A stretch of 64,000 nucleotides of DNA from Octopus vulgaris. Its lineage: Eukaryota. This document shows positions 36,124 to 50,344 of this stretch, one piece after another (position 1 is the first letter of the stretch; the number at the start of each line of letters is the position of its first letter). Location of the stretch: the NCBI GenBank assembly GCA_951406725.2, contig OX597817.1, forward strand, positions 157,914,001-157,978,000, given 5' to 3'. The notes under the pieces are model-generated. The model was not told where the DNA came from. It did not search any database and was given only the letters and a program-made list of their open reading frames with translations. The translations under genes and the position numbers were made by a program.

Positions 36124-36282
36124 TTTTCCAAGAGGGAATTTCTCCAGAAACACATTGGATTTATTAGTTTCTCCAAACTGGAAAGCCGGCGGAGATGATG
36201 CAACTGTCACGTTTGCACCGCTGTATTTTGCGGCAATGAGGATTTTGTAAGCTCGGAAATTGTCCGGGTAAGTATAAAGGGT
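36124..36282 (-). CDS. EEF1G: EEF1G exon 2 ([22 protein letters not shown]...FLEKFPLGK), GST-like N domain
   Basis: tttcag acceptor and GTATAT donor, 159 nt. TLYTYPxNxRAxKxLIAA motif. Confidence 0.97.
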
Positions 36283-36426
36283 CTGAAACACAACGGATTA
36301 TGAAAATAATTACAAAAATACATAACACTGGAATAGAACATTGTAACAATATGATTAGAAAATGAAATTAAAGAATGATTGCAAAAAAGAAACCGGATGA
36401 GAATAGGAACATGATTGAAAACGCAC

Positions 36427-36438
36427 CCCACTCGCCAT
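36427..36438 (-). CDS. EEF1G: Elongation factor 1-gamma, exon 1 CDS (MASG)
   Basis: Minus strand reads gcaaaATGGCGAGTGGG|gtgcgt, preceded by a pyrimidine tract. Confidence 0.9.
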
Positions 36439-36449
36439 TTTGCCAGCGT

Positions 36450-36459
36450 AAAAAGGAAG
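36450..36459 (-). promoter_or_regulatory. 5' terminal oligopyrimidine tract / TCT-type initiator of EEF1G
   Basis: Minus strand reads CTTCCTTTTT ending 11 nt before the ATG, as is typical of translation-factor genes. Confidence 0.75.
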
Positions 36460-36599
36460 TTATCAATGTTAACGTCTGCGCAATAGCGACGAGTTCAGTG
36501 CGAGTGTGTGTGTATATATGTGAGCGAGCTTGCATGTGTGTGTGTGTATATGTATGTGTAGATATATATATGTGTATGTATAGATATATATGTGGTGCC

Positions 36600-36900
36600 C
36601 GGATGTGATGAGAAGTCAGCGCAGAGTCGGAGCCAGACAAATAAAGCAAAGCGAATCTCCTCCCACTGCTTCACTAACACATATACCACCACCATAGCAG
36701 CATCAAGTGTCGCCGTCTCCACCTCTATCGTTATTCTGTAGTTGTAGTTCAGGCTTCTGTGCCAAAAGACTAAGATTAAATCGTTCGGAAACACCGCAGT
36801 TTTGTAAAACAAATTTGGCGAGAAGACAGGACGACGACGATCACTACCAAGTCTCCCTTTTCTCACCTAGGACAGCTACAGGGATTTCCCTTCGAATATG
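36600..36900 (+). other. Probable first exon of an unidentified divergently transcribed gene (5' boundary approximate)
   Basis: CpG-containing, repeat-free segment head-to-head with EEF1G, ending in ATG|GTGAGC donor at 36901. Confidence 0.5.
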
Positions 36901-37284
36901 GTGAGCGGTTTACAGCTAATTTATCAATGTACATTTTCGATGCTTGTTTGGTCATGTCTGGGAATCGTTCTCTAAGTGTCTGTCTGCTTCTTTTTGCAGT
37001 AATTACATTTTTTTAATCTACCAGTCAGTGCTCGATGCATGGAGGTGCCAGTTCTCGTTTTGAACACCCACACTCCATCGGTCATTGAAATCATGGACAT
37101 TAAAAGACCGTGGATTTTTTTCATGTCAGTCTTCCCTGTCTCTAGATTTACATTTGTTGTATAACACTGGATTATTTCTGCTATCACTGACTGCGATGTC
37201 AAATAGCTTCAATTCGTTACCCTTTATGTATATGTATCTGTGTGTGTGTGTATATATATATGTATACACACACACACACACCAG

Positions 37285-37326
<42 letters not shown>

Positions 37327-38685
37327 GCACATACGGGGGTTTGTTGATCACAAACTGTCGCCCTTTCAAAGCCAATTCCTTTACCGATTTTTTGTACTTG
37401 TTACCATTCCACAAGTTATCATCTTCAGTTGTGTGTTACTATCATCATTATTCAGCTTCCTGACCGATTTGTCTTGTTTGTTGAGTGCCACCTCTAAAAA
37501 TGGAAGTAGACGAACTACCCAGATCATTAACGCCTCTTCCAGCACATTTCTTGACTGTCGATGAGATCTGGGAATTCTTCAACTCTGCTTCTATTTACTG
37601 CTCTGTCTTGCAATGAATATTGTCTACCATTGTCGAGGTATCTTTGCCGTCACTGCACAATTTTGTAGCAGCTGCATATCTCCTACTTAACACAGATTTT
37701 GTACCACCTTCTTCAAATTGACAGCTAAAAAAAATCAGGGCCTTTATTTTATTTGCACTCCAATCTATGTTGGTCTGATTTAGTTATTAATTTATTTTCA
37801 TCTAATTAAAAATAATAATAATAATAAACTGCAGTACCTCACCTGGAGTATAAGCACGAATATTTTTCCTCCCTCAATATGTTTAGGTTTCGTTGCCTGT
37901 TGTATACCTACCTGGGTTATATATTCTCTGAGGATATGCTTGTGATGGTGGTTGCCTTCTCTCTCCCTCGCCCTTTATTTTTTTTTCTTCTGTTCTACAA
38001 GAATTCATAACCATTTTTAGTTAAACTAGAATTAGTGACAGCCTTCTAATCTAATTTCAAGTATAAATAGTGTCTTCTTTTTTAATTCGACATTCCTGTG
38101 GATTTAAATTCTGTTAGAACCTTGTTTAATTGTCTGAGTAACCAACATTTTAGATTAGATCAATATGTTTAGTCACTGATCCAGTTTTTAGGAATTTATG
38201 GTTAATATGTTAGATATAATTTATTGTTTGAGTCTAATACACATTAAAAGCCAAAAAATTTTAATATTTTGGTTTGCCTAATTACTTAATATCAACAAAT
38301 ATTCTCTAAAGAAACGATTATTGCTCTAATTTATGCTTGAAATTATTAATTACCTTTATGGCTACCTCCGATTTATAACCACTGTCGCATTTCAAAATTG
38401 AAGTGGTTTGAATTTGAGCCCAATTTATTCTGGGGTTTTTCCCCCTCACCGACATCAAAGTTTCATTAATTGTATTTCTTGCTTCTTATAAACATTCTAA
38501 AAGAAAGAAAAAAGAAGTACAGATGTCTTTTGAGAACATCTTGCTGTAAAGCCTTGTTGCTTGGAACAGCTGATAGAAATGAAGGAAAAGTCACTTGAGT
38601 AGTTCAGTTTGGATTAAATATATTTAGATTAAAAATTCGCACTTCATAATTTGAATCCTAAACTGACTTTATTTGTACTATCAAC

Positions 38686-38744
<59 letters not shown>

Positions 38745-41700
38745 CCCAGAAATCTCTTGAAATGTACACAAATGCTATTTCCTCTGGGGCAATATCAGAT
38801 CAACTTACGCTTCGATATTTTATCTATTTATTTATCATTCTTATGGATTTTCTAAACTGTATACATCAGCAGTTACTAAACAATCTATGCTGCATATTCT
38901 ATTGTTATGCAGTGCACTGCTTAGTATGAATTTATACCCCTTATTTCTTCACTACGCTGAAGCAAATCAGTAGATTAGCTAAGCTGTGGCTGTTAAGCTT
39001 AGGAATTGTCATGTATATTGCTTGGTCAGGAACTGGTAGCTCATTGAAATAGTATCAGTTTACTTAATACGCTGTTAATGCCACTAAGAAAAGCATTAAT
39101 GTCACTACCTCTCATTTCTTTATATATCTTTAAAAACGTTGTGCTCAACTATTGTCAGACTATTTAATGTTTAAGAGTCACTGTTGAAAAGTAATCTTGA
39201 TTCGTGGCTTGCTGGTGGCATCTAAAGATCTCGTGTACTTAAAGTTCGATGACCTTTCAACGAACAGTTGGGTATGTATACCCATATCAATGAGCATAAT
39301 CCGGATTAGTTGTTTACTGCTTAATATTAATGTGATTTTAACACGGTCGTTATTTGGCGTGTGTGAAATGTGTAATCAATTCAATCTGTTGGTAGGAAAA
39401 AAAATTAGCAAGAAGTAATTGATTTGTTAGCCGATTTCTAGATGCTATTCAAGCTTGTTCAATGAACAGGAATGATTCGTTGGCCTGGATAAAATCTAGG
39501 ACCACCACCATTCACCGTCATACTAACTGCTTCAAGACAACTGTTGAAATTTTATTCTTCATCGGGGACACGCTCTAACATAGCTAGCACAACATTATTT
39601 CATGGGTTTTGTTAATTCAAGACAAATAAACAAATGATGGTCACGATGGTGATCATTTTTTGTAAGTAAACATGATAGAGGTATTTCCTTTGCTATCCCG
39701 TAATCACCTTCACAATATTTTAGTCTCAGCTTAACAAGCTGGTATCAGATTATTATCTAAATTAATCACTTGCTGCTCTGCTTATTTTTTTGTCCAATTA
39801 GATATTTTAAGCAACTGCATTTGTTATTTAAAAAAATAATTTCTCTTGTGTGTGTATGCGAGTGCACATACACAAATATGCAGTTTAAACTTGTATTTGT
39901 TTAGAAGGTTAATAAAGTTGCTCAACTACGAGTGATTTGATCAGGTTTCTGAGTGACAACAAATTTCATATGAAACTCATCTAGTATAAAACTATTGAAG
40001 CCCTGTTATCAGAGAAAAGAGATCCCTGAAACCCTTAATTTGTACTTTTAAGATTAATTATCGATGAAAAACAATATAAAATTCTACGTGGGCAGAACAT
40101 ATTTTCAGTCTCTCACAGAAGGATACACTGAGGCTTGTCTTGTATACATTCACCAAGAGGAAGGAAAAGCTTTTTAGAGTGTAGTTATATATCCTGGAAG
40201 AATCAACCAATGCAATCATTTCAGTTGATGGAGCTGGGGCTGTGAAAAACTTACAACCATCTGCTTACAACATAGCAGAGAATTTGCTACAAGAACAATA
40301 CTCTACAAAATACATACTGATTATAGTTTATTTGTTGAAACTTGGAGCTATACTTCCACTATAGCATGTAATGCATTGTTGTATAGGGACAGTCACTTAC
40401 ACAGGAGTATCAACATACAATACAAATTTCTGAAGTGTTTAACTTATCTTTAGAGTGTATATTTACATTATTCATATCTACCAAGTTTTATCCACTTTAT
40501 TTTCTGATTGTCATAGAATTTCTCATTCCTGAATATGTACATTGGTCCAACCCATGCTAGCATGGAAAGCAGACGTTAAATGATGATGATGTATATTGTT
40601 CCAGATTAAATTCAAACCAGGAACCTTTTTAAATGACACTTGATGATAAATAAAAACGAAACTAATTGACATCTGTAGATATAAATCTTGTAAGTATACA
40701 CTGTAAGAAGTAAGGTTGGGATCTCCCTCAATCAATCATGCTTCGGTATGCACAGACCTGAGTAATTTTTTGAAGGAGACTGGCAATTGCCCTTCCCCAT
40801 GATACTAATGTTTATCAAAGAGGAAGGCCACCAGCTTGGAATCGGTGCCATTGTAAATGTTATAAAAGCACACAGAGATGGAATAGACATTCCAAGGCAT
40901 CTTACTCAAACCTATGATAATTCTGCCAACCCACTGCTTTGGATTAATACTTTTTTTTTTTTATTGATGTCCAAACGAATGACAGGCAAAGTTTAACTCG
41001 GAATGCAGAGAATGGGAGTGAATACTATGAGACATTTTATTCTGTACTCTAATGGCTCTGTCAATTTTCCGTTTTGTCTCTGACAATGAATTTCTGAATG
41101 CTGCAACTGAAATTATCAGTGCAAAGTTGAGTGCAGCAAGTGCATTGAAGCCCTGTTCAACTCTTTATACTTAACTGGCCAAATGAAGTAATTTCATAAA
41201 ATAGCAGAATGACTAATCTTAAGAGATAGCTGATTAAAGGTTTACCGAAGTGTGGTGGAGTTGTTACCAACTTTATTGCAGTTAAACCGTAAAACAAATT
41301 TCAAGTGAAACAGCTATACTGATTGTGTGAGCCTAAGTGATGGGAGTTGTGCTGAGCTGAAAGAATGGATCTAAAGGGAGGGCATCCAGCTATAGAAATT
41401 CTGCTAGATCAGATTGGAGCCTGGTGCAGCCATCCGGTTCACCAGTCCTCAGTCAAATCGTCCATGGAAAGCGGACATTAAATGATGATGATAGTTAAAT
41501 TTTCTGATCAATGTATTAAACTACCAACTCGTGAGTTGTGAGTTCAAATTTGTTGTAGATATCATTTTGTATCTTTGTCAAAAATACTTAATGATTGAGC
41601 TGTGTCAGTTTACTTGAACTGGAGATTAGATGGTGGCCTTTTATAAGTAAGTTACATGGAATAGACTAGCATTTTATTTATGATGACATTTGTTTCATAT

Positions 41701-41889
41701 CAATTTAACAAGAGATTTAAAGTTCCTATGATCTTGGAGGGTTTTAGAATAAAGAACACATTGTAAGAATACACATCTGACTGACTAGTTATATTGACAC
41801 TTTAAAAACTTGGGACATTTGTCTAACAATGCAAATCTTGCAAAACCACTCAGCAGACAGCAAAAAAATGCCATTATTCATTGCATAAC

Positions 41890-43560
41890 CTTCATGCTTT
41901 CTTGACTCCCAGACTGCAACCAATCTTTCTGGTCACTTGTCCAAAGAATCTCCACCAACTGTGTGGAATCTTGTCTTTCTTCATTTCTCAACAATGATGT
42001 CTCCAGGAGAAGTACTCCCATTGGGAAAGTATCCACCTGTACTGCTCATTTTACATCCAACATACACAGCGACTTGGAAACTCTTTTCCAACTCTATCTC
42101 CCTCTACACCACCTGACTACTCATCTGCATATTCATTTGCTATATGAGAAAACACCTTCACTTGTTTTAAACCAAAAAAGCCACCAGCCCTGACAATGTC
42201 CCTTCCATTATATCCAGGCCTTGCACTCCTAAGTTTGCCTTCAATATTCACTGAACTCTTCTTTGGAAACCTCCAGTGTATACTATTCCTCAGAAAGGCC
42301 TCCTATTCACTCTGATCCTGTCCAACTATCATCCTATACATTCACTTTTAGTATCTCTGAGGTAATGGAGATAGCCATTAACAATGAGGTTCTCCAACAA
42401 TTTGAATCTCTGTTCTCACCACTAGTGTGGATTCTGTAGATCCATATCCACAGGAGACCAACATTTTTTACATCACCCACTAGTGGGCTTTTATCTTTAG
42501 AGAAATTCAGTGAAAACAATGTTGTTACTCTTGATGTCAGCAAAGCTTTCAACCATGTCTGGTGTGCAAACCTCCTATTGAAACATTCTGCTTTTGGACT
42601 CCTTCCATCTCTCATCTCTAGGATCCTATCAGATTGCACCACCATGATGTATGTTGACAGAGCTATTTTTGTGCCATTCTCAGTTGATTCTTATGTGACT
42701 GTGATTTTACCTCCACCCCACTCTCTTCAGTCTATCATCAGTTGCTGTTACATCCAACAATACTCATTCTTATACAGATAATACAAATATTCATTCCCCC
42801 TTAGCCTTCCCCCACTGCATCAGTGCATTATCCATGTACAACTTAGCTGTCATATGCCAAAGCTACACTAATTTCATGGAGATCGATATGTATTCTCCAG
42901 TGAAGCCATACCAGTGTCTTTTGGCAGTAAAAGGCTCAAGCATTACTCATATGTAGAAAACACCATCACACTACACCCCTACTTAAATACAAGCAGCACT
43001 GAACTAGAACACCCACAGTCACTTCAAATGTTAGGCCTTGCTTTCACTAGGGATCTCTCCTTGTGAAAGCACATCTTCAACATAACTAGGACTGCATCAT
43101 AAAGGCTAGTCCTTCTCTTTAAGGCTATAAAATACTTCAGCCACTAGCAATTGCTGATGTCCTTCGAAGTTCAAGTGAAGCTCATAATGGAGTATAGCTC
43201 TCGCATCTGGAGTAGAGCTGCTGCTACACACAGATACCCTGGACTGCATCTAGAGAAAAATCACTTACAGATACACTTAAAGCTTTTGCCCACAGATGTG
43301 CTATTTCCTCTTTTTCTGCCCTTTCTGTAGCCCCTGTTTTACAGTGTTGTAGCTGGTCTTATGCCTCTTACACTGAGATACTGGCTCATCTTTTTTCCTT
43401 TCATTCCCACTGTTGAGTCCATTCATCCCAGAACATCAGACCTTCTGAAGGTGTTGACTTGCAACATTTGAAATGGAACATGAACAGCACCAATGTCACC
43501 AGTCTCAGAGAGTCTGCAAAGGCCATAGGCATGGCTCCACTTCCACAAGTAAAAAACAAA
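41890..43560 (+). mobile_element. Old, degenerate LINE reverse-transcriptase relic (boundaries approximate)
   Basis: NYHPI (~42325), LDVSKAFNHVW (~42530), YTDN in place of YADD (42771) and MEYSSRIW (~43190), broken by stops and frameshifts. Confidence 0.75.
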
Positions 43561-45663
43561 AATAATGCCTGTAGATTTCCTTAACATTATAACCATGTCT
43601 TGTTTCACAGAAATTAAGAATTGATTTTGTTTTAGTATATACTGATAATCATCCTTGATTTATCATTACCAACAATGTACACACATCTCTGCTTGGTATT
43701 GATGCTGCTATTCGTATTCTGACCAGGAAGTTCACTAGCACAACTCAGTCACTGATGTTGACTGCTTTTTAGTTAAAGCTACATCTTTGAATCTGCCCAG
43801 GGTTATCTCTCTTCAGTATTTCCCATTGAGGAAGGCTAAAGAGCCAGAAACACTGGGCGAATATACAGTGTTTTTACACCTTCTATCATAAGAGAATTTT
43901 TTCTCCATGTGAATTTACATTTAAAAATTAAAATATGTTACAAGCACATTTTAACTAACCTAAGGATTGTTTATTCCTAATCACTGCTTAGTGCTGATGC
44001 AGTTCATCATCATCATTTAACATCCGCTTTCCATGCTAGCATGGGTTGGACGGTTTGACTGAGGTCTGGCGAACCAGACTCCAATCTGATCTGGCAGAGT
44101 TTCTACAGCTGGATGCCCTTCCTAACACCAACCACTCTGAGAGTGTAGTGGGTGCTTTTATGTGCCACTGGCACGAGAAATTTCTTCATGTTGGAAATCT
44201 ATGCATTGCCCTGACTACAGGTGTTATAAAATTCTTTGTCATATCCTGGCTATCAAACTAAAACTTTCAGATATCTTGAAACTTGCTGTTTAAATTCTAG
44301 TAGTTGTGACAAATGAAAATGTGAAACTCAGTGTAGAAATGGCAGAGAGTTTCAAATAATATACTCAGCTATGTTTTGAGTACATTTTCTATTCCTAAAT
44401 TGAAAGGTATGCATGCACTCACAAATACAAAACATTTTCCACACTTGCATGGGTAGGATGTTTCTTACTTTCAAATCAGTTGTTTCCACAACTAGATAGC
44501 CTCCTTAGTGCTAGCCACTCAAATACAAGGTAAGAATGAATCCTGTTCTTTGTGTTAGGTACCTTGCTCAGGAATGCATCACAGTGACTGTTGTAAGACC
44601 TGTGGTCAAAAGTACAGCACTTAATCTCATAGCTGGTGTATGCCTAAAGAAGAAATAGGAGGAGGGTTTATTTACACTGGTACTGTATACATACAACTAA
44701 TAAGGATGTGAGTTTGATTTGTGTGTATAGCAGTCACCTCTCCTGGTGTTCTACGATGTGCCTATCTATGCCTGCATTTATAACTACTTTGCCACACAAA
44801 GCTACAGGGATGGCTGGATACTTAAGTTTACTTTGCAACCATGTGGTTTTGGGGTTTGGTCTCACTGTACTCTACCTTAAGCATGTCTTCTATAGACCCA
44901 GGTCAGCCAAAGCCATGTGAGTAGATTTGGTAGACAGAAACGTTAGCACGCCGGGTGAAATGCTTAGTGGTATTTCGTCTGTCTTTACATTCTGAGTTCA
45001 AATTCCGCCGAGGTCAACTTTGCCTTTCATCCTTTCGGGGTCAATTAAATAAGTACCAGTTACGCACTGGGGTTGATATAATCGACTTAATCCATTTGTC
45101 TGTCCTTGTTTGTCCCCTTGTAGGTAGTAAAGAAATAGGTATTTCGTCTGTCTTTACTTTCTGAGTTCAAATTCCACTGAGGTCAACTTTGCTTTTCATC
45201 CTTTCATGGTTGATAAATTAAGTACCAGTTACACACTGGGGTCAGTGTTATCGACTTAATCTCTTTGTCTGTTCTTGTTTAGCCCCTTGTGAGCAATAAA
45301 GAAGTAAGAAACTGAAAGAAACCTATTGTGTGTGTGTTCTGCATCCCTCTCCAGGTGGACATTCATAATCTTGTAGGTTCATGGGGGCTGGTCCTTCATA
45401 AAAAGCACCTGTACCAGTGCCACATAAATGCACCTGTGCTGATGCTGCATAAAAGCATCCAGTCCACTCTGTAAAGTGGTTGGTGTTAGGAAGGGCATCC
45501 AGCCATATAAACTATGCCCGAAACAGACAGCAGAGCTTGTTGCAGTCTTCTGACTCACCAGTTCCTGTCAAAACAGATGTGAAATGATGATGATGGTGAG
45601 ACGTGTGTTAAATAATGATGATGAATCCAACTCGTGTAGCATGGAACATGGATGTTAAATGAT

Positions 45664-45694
<31 letters not shown>

Positions 45695-45944
45695 CTTTTT
45701 ATCCTTTTACTTGTTTGTCATTTGACAGCAGCCATGCTGGAGTACTGCCTTAAAGGGTTTTTTAGTTAAAGAACTCGACCCCAGAACTTACATTTTGTAA
45801 GCCTAGTACTTATTCTATTGGTCTCTTTTGTTGAACCGCTAAATTATGGGGATGTAAACACTCCTACACCAGTTGTCAAACAATGGTGGTGGGGGACAAA
45901 CATAGACACAAAGACATACACACAAATATGTATGTGTGTGTATG

Positions 45945-45979
<35 letters not shown>

Positions 45980-46301
45980 GACAGGTTTCTTTCAGTTTCC
46001 TTCTACCAAATCTGCTCACAAGGCTTTGGTCAGCCTGAGACTATAAAAGAAGACACTTGCCCAAGGTGCCACGCAGTCGGACTGAACCCAGAACCATGTG
46101 GTTGGTAAGCAAGCTTCTTACCACACAGCCATGCCTGTGCTTATATGTATCAACATCGTGTGTTTGTGTCTCCTTATCTTGACATCACATGCTAATTATG
46201 AAGAAACACCATTATACAAGCAGTGTAGCTTATATGCAATCCTCCCTGAAAACAATTTTCAGCCAGTGTGCCATTTGTATTTGAAGAACTAGTAGGAATA
46301 T

Positions 46302-46727
46302 TCTTTTCTGTTCTTGGCACAAAGTCCAAATTTTGGGGGGAGGGGAAGGGGCAGTCGCTTAGATTGACTCCAGTATGCAACTGATACTTAATTTATCAAC
46401 TGTGAAAGGATGAAAGGCAAAGTCGACCTTGGCAGAATTTGAACTCAGAATGTAAAGGCAGACGAAATATCACTAAGCATTTCGCCCAGCATGCTAACAT
46501 TTCTTATTTCTTTATTGCCCACAAGGAGCTAAACATAGAGGGGACAAACAAAGCGATTGAGTCGATTACATTGACCCCAGTGTGTAACTGGTACTTAATT
46601 TATTAACCCCGAAAGGATGAAAGGCAAAGTCGACCTCGGCGGAATTTGAACTCAGAACGTAGTAGCAGATGAAATACCACTAAGCATTTCACCTGGTATG
46701 CTAACATTTCTGCCAGCTCATCACCTT
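46302..46727 (-). mobile_element. SINE family C dimer with ~15-bp imperfect TSD
   Basis: AACTAGTAGGAATAT (46287) and AACTAGGAGGAATAT (46728). Confidence 0.85.
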
Positions 46728-48460
46728 AACTAGGAGGAATATCATCTTAGAAACAACTAAAGGTTGATAGCAGAAAGAGCATTCGACCATGAAATCCTCA
46801 ACAAATTTTTCCTGACTCTAGCAAACATGCAAAAGTTAACATTAAAACAACTATGATGATGATGATGATTACTTAAATAAGCTTCAGGTCTGGAGCAGGA
46901 ATGAGGAATGCATTCTCTGAGGCACTTAAGTGCAGCAATTCTGAACAAGTCTGAATTTTGCATTAAAATATACATTAGTATATTTCAGTGTTCTTTATTC
47001 CTTAAGGCGCCAGTTTACATTTTTATTTTTTACTTTAAGTTTTTCAGTATATTTAATTAAAATTTTCTTTAATGCAGTTTTATTAGATTACATTAATTCA
47101 GTCTGCTTTTCACATATTGAAAGCTTCCCCAATCCTGATCTTGGGAGAACTAACAAATATTGCAAAGAGGGTCCAGTCTTCAGCAACATAACTATGTTTC
47201 TATATCGTCGTCATACATCTGTTTTCCATGCTGGCATTGGCTGTTTGACAGGAGCCAGCAAGCTAGAGGATCATACCAAACTCTACCCTCTGCTTTGGCA
47301 TGGTTTCTACAACTGGACACACTTCTTAACACCAACCATTTTACAGTGTGTACTGGGTGCTTTTTACATGACTCCAACATCAGTGAGGTCAACAAGTAAC
47401 TTGCAAGACTAGTGTTAGTATTGAGGATGGTAGCTTTGTGCCAGGTAATGAGAGCTTAAAGTATGATAGGATAAAAATGGGTGTCTTGTTGTAGAGATTT
47501 CTGGTTACCCCAGTTGAAAAAAAGCGAGAGAAGAGATGATAGGTGTAGGAGTTGCTGTGTAGTAAGTAGCTTGCTTACCAGTCACATGGTCCCACGTTCA
47601 GTCCCACTGCGTGGCACCTTGGGCAAGTGTCTTCTACTATAGCTTCGGGCCGACCAAAGCCTTGTGAGTGGATTTGGTAGACGGAAACTGAAAGAAGCCT
47701 GTCGTATATATGTTTATGTGTCTGCTTGTCCATCCAACATCACTTGACAACCAATGCTGGTGTGTTTATGTCCCCTTAACTTAGCGGTTCGGAAAAAGAG
47801 ACCTATGAATAAGTACAAGGTTTACAAAGAATAAGTCCTGGGGTTGATTTGGTCGACTAAAGGCGATGCTCCAGCATAGCCACAGTCACATGACTGAAGC
47901 AAGTAAAAGAGTAAAAAGACAGAGTATATGTGTGTTGTGGTTTGTGGTGAAAAAAAGCGAGAGGTGTGTATGTTTGCATTGGTGCCACATAAAAAATCAC
48001 CCATGCCAGTGGCATGTAAAAAGTACCCAACTCTGTTCAGTGCTGACATTAGGAAATGAATCCTGCTGTAGAAACCATGCCAAAACAGACAATTGGAGTC
48101 TGGACAGCTCTATGTTAAACAACAATAATGATGTTATATATATACAAACAGTAATCCCTCAACTATCACGGGTGTTGCATTCCAAAATCCACGAAATAGA
48201 AACAGTATAAATGCAAAACAACACCAAAGGAATCGACGTAAGCTTAAATAATAAACTGCAATTTGGTGAGAGATTACTGGGTGTGTGTGTGTGTGTGTCA
48301 TCATCGTTTAATGTCAGCTTTCCATGCTAGCATGGGTTGGACGATGTGACTGAGGACTGGCAAACCAGATGGTTGCACCAGGCTCCAATTTGATCTAGCA
48401 GAGTTTCTACAGCTGGATGCCCTTCCTAACGCCAACCACTCTGGCGGTTCTGGCAACGAC

Positions 48461-48502
<42 letters not shown>

Positions 48503-49013
48503 TCAATCTGTCTTTTGTGAAACATCTTGTCAAGATCAACTGACTTTTCATTGTCAGACATACTATCAACAGATTATAAGCCCTATTGGCCTATAACAGC
48601 ACTACCACATTCAGTAGAAGTACCATGATCTATATTAGGGATATGCTTTCATTAGGAGAGATTCCCTGGGATCCAGCTCCTCTGCCGGTCACATCCACTG
48701 GAGAAATTGTATTTAACCCTTTAGTATTTAAACCGGCCATATCCAGCTCAAATATTCTACCAATTTTATGTTCAAACTGGCCAGATCTGGCCTCTTACAC
48801 CTAGCCCACAATGTCATTCTAAAAATATCCAAACACACCATTGAAATCTTGAAGCTACAACATAATGTGTGACTAATTCAAAACCAGGTGAATAAATACG
48901 CATTACATTTGACAAAGAAATCTGAATGCTAAACAGTTAAAGCTGACAGCAGCAGCTACTAATTAATAGTGTTCTCCCTCTTTACTGTTGAACTTTGTTT
49001 CCATTCTACAATA

Positions 49014-49405
49014 TCTATATATATATCAAGCTGGAGTTGTCTGTGTATGGCAGGTTTGGTAGCCTTCAACTAACACTATCTCCTCCGAGACCCTGCAGCG
49101 CAAGTTGACCAAAATTGAGAGTATGATAGAAGAAGGCTTGCTCTTCTTTCCATAGAAGAAAAAATTCAAATCGGACCATGTTAAGACCAAAAATTATTTA
49201 CATCAAAAAGGTGCTTTTTATCTATGAAAATCCCGATTTTTTACGATTTTTTGACTGCTGTGTAGCCATTTTTCGGTGTATTTCAACCAGAAAAATGTTC
49301 AGTTAAAGAGAATAACAAGCTACATAATGCAAAATTTTTACTTTTCAAAAATTCCAATTCTAAAGGGTCGAAACAAACCCGTGCATCGCCGGGCGATACT
49401 GCTAG
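49014..49405 (+). mobile_element. Non-autonomous Helitron-like element
   Basis: A|TCTATATATATAT start, CCCG...CGGG subterminal hairpin, CTAG|T end. Confidence 0.75.
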
Positions 49406-49938
49406 TATCTATCTATCTATCTATATATATATATATATATATATCATTCTACTATATCTACAGTTAAAATGGAAGAAACAATGTAGTGCCAATAACCTAT
49501 GAGGCAGTACCTTCTTGGCTGGTTGTCTGGTACTCTATTGACATACTTATTAGCCAGTATATAATTTAGTTTATTTTGCTTGAAATATAACTAAACAATA
49601 AATGTTTTTTTTAAAGTTGTACAGATGTGTAAGGAAAAGTAATTACTGGACTCTCACTCTTTGTTCATTTTTCTCAAATCTTGTGCACTTACTTTATATC
49701 TGCAGCAATATTCTGCTTCACAAAGTGTAAACTTGCTCGTATTTCTGTTCTATTTATTTGAATATTTATATTAATTGCTGGTATGTGTATTATTTTTTTA
49801 GCTGCTAATTAGGCTTTGTTGTTGTCATGGTACAGTATGTGTGTATGTAGTTGTCAAGTCAGCTCTTATAAAAATAAAAAAAAACTATGACCCAAGCATA
49901 CCAGTTGGAACTATCCTATACTATCTGTTTCTTCCTAA

Positions 49939-50344
49939 GGCGGCGAGCTGGCAGAAACATTAGCACACCAGGCGAAATGCGTAGCCGTATTTCGTTTGGC
50001 ATTACGTTCTGAGTTCAAATTCCGCCGAGGTCGACTTTACCTTTCATCCTTTCGGGGGTCAATAAATTAAGTACCAGTTACACACTGGGGTCGATGTAAT
50101 CGACTTAATCCATTTGTCTGTCCCCTCTGTGTTTAGCCCCTTGTGTGTAGTAAAGAAATAGGTATTTCGTCTGCAGTTACGTTCTGAGTTCAAATTCCGC
50201 CGAGGTCGATTTTGCTTTTCATCCTTTCGGGGTCGATAAATTAAGTACCAGTTACGTACTGGGGTCGACGTAATCAACTTAATCCGTTTGTCTGTCCTTG
50301 TTTGTCCCCTCTGTGTTTAGCCCCTTGTGGGTTGTAAAGAAATA
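49939..50344 (+). mobile_element. SINE family C, head-to-tail dimer. Monomers at ~2695-2903, 7283-7505, 50834-51053 and 55750-55965 (-)
   Basis: GGCGGCGAGCTGGCAGAA...GAGTTCAAATTCC head and central CCTTTCATCCTTTCGGGGTCGATAAATTAAGTACCAG, which resembles Deu/Nin-type SINE domains. Confidence 0.88.

Noticed and set aside
37085-37564. 159-aa ORF downstream of the divergent promoter
   Set aside because: It spans a TA microsatellite, has a non-ATG start and shows no recognisable domain.
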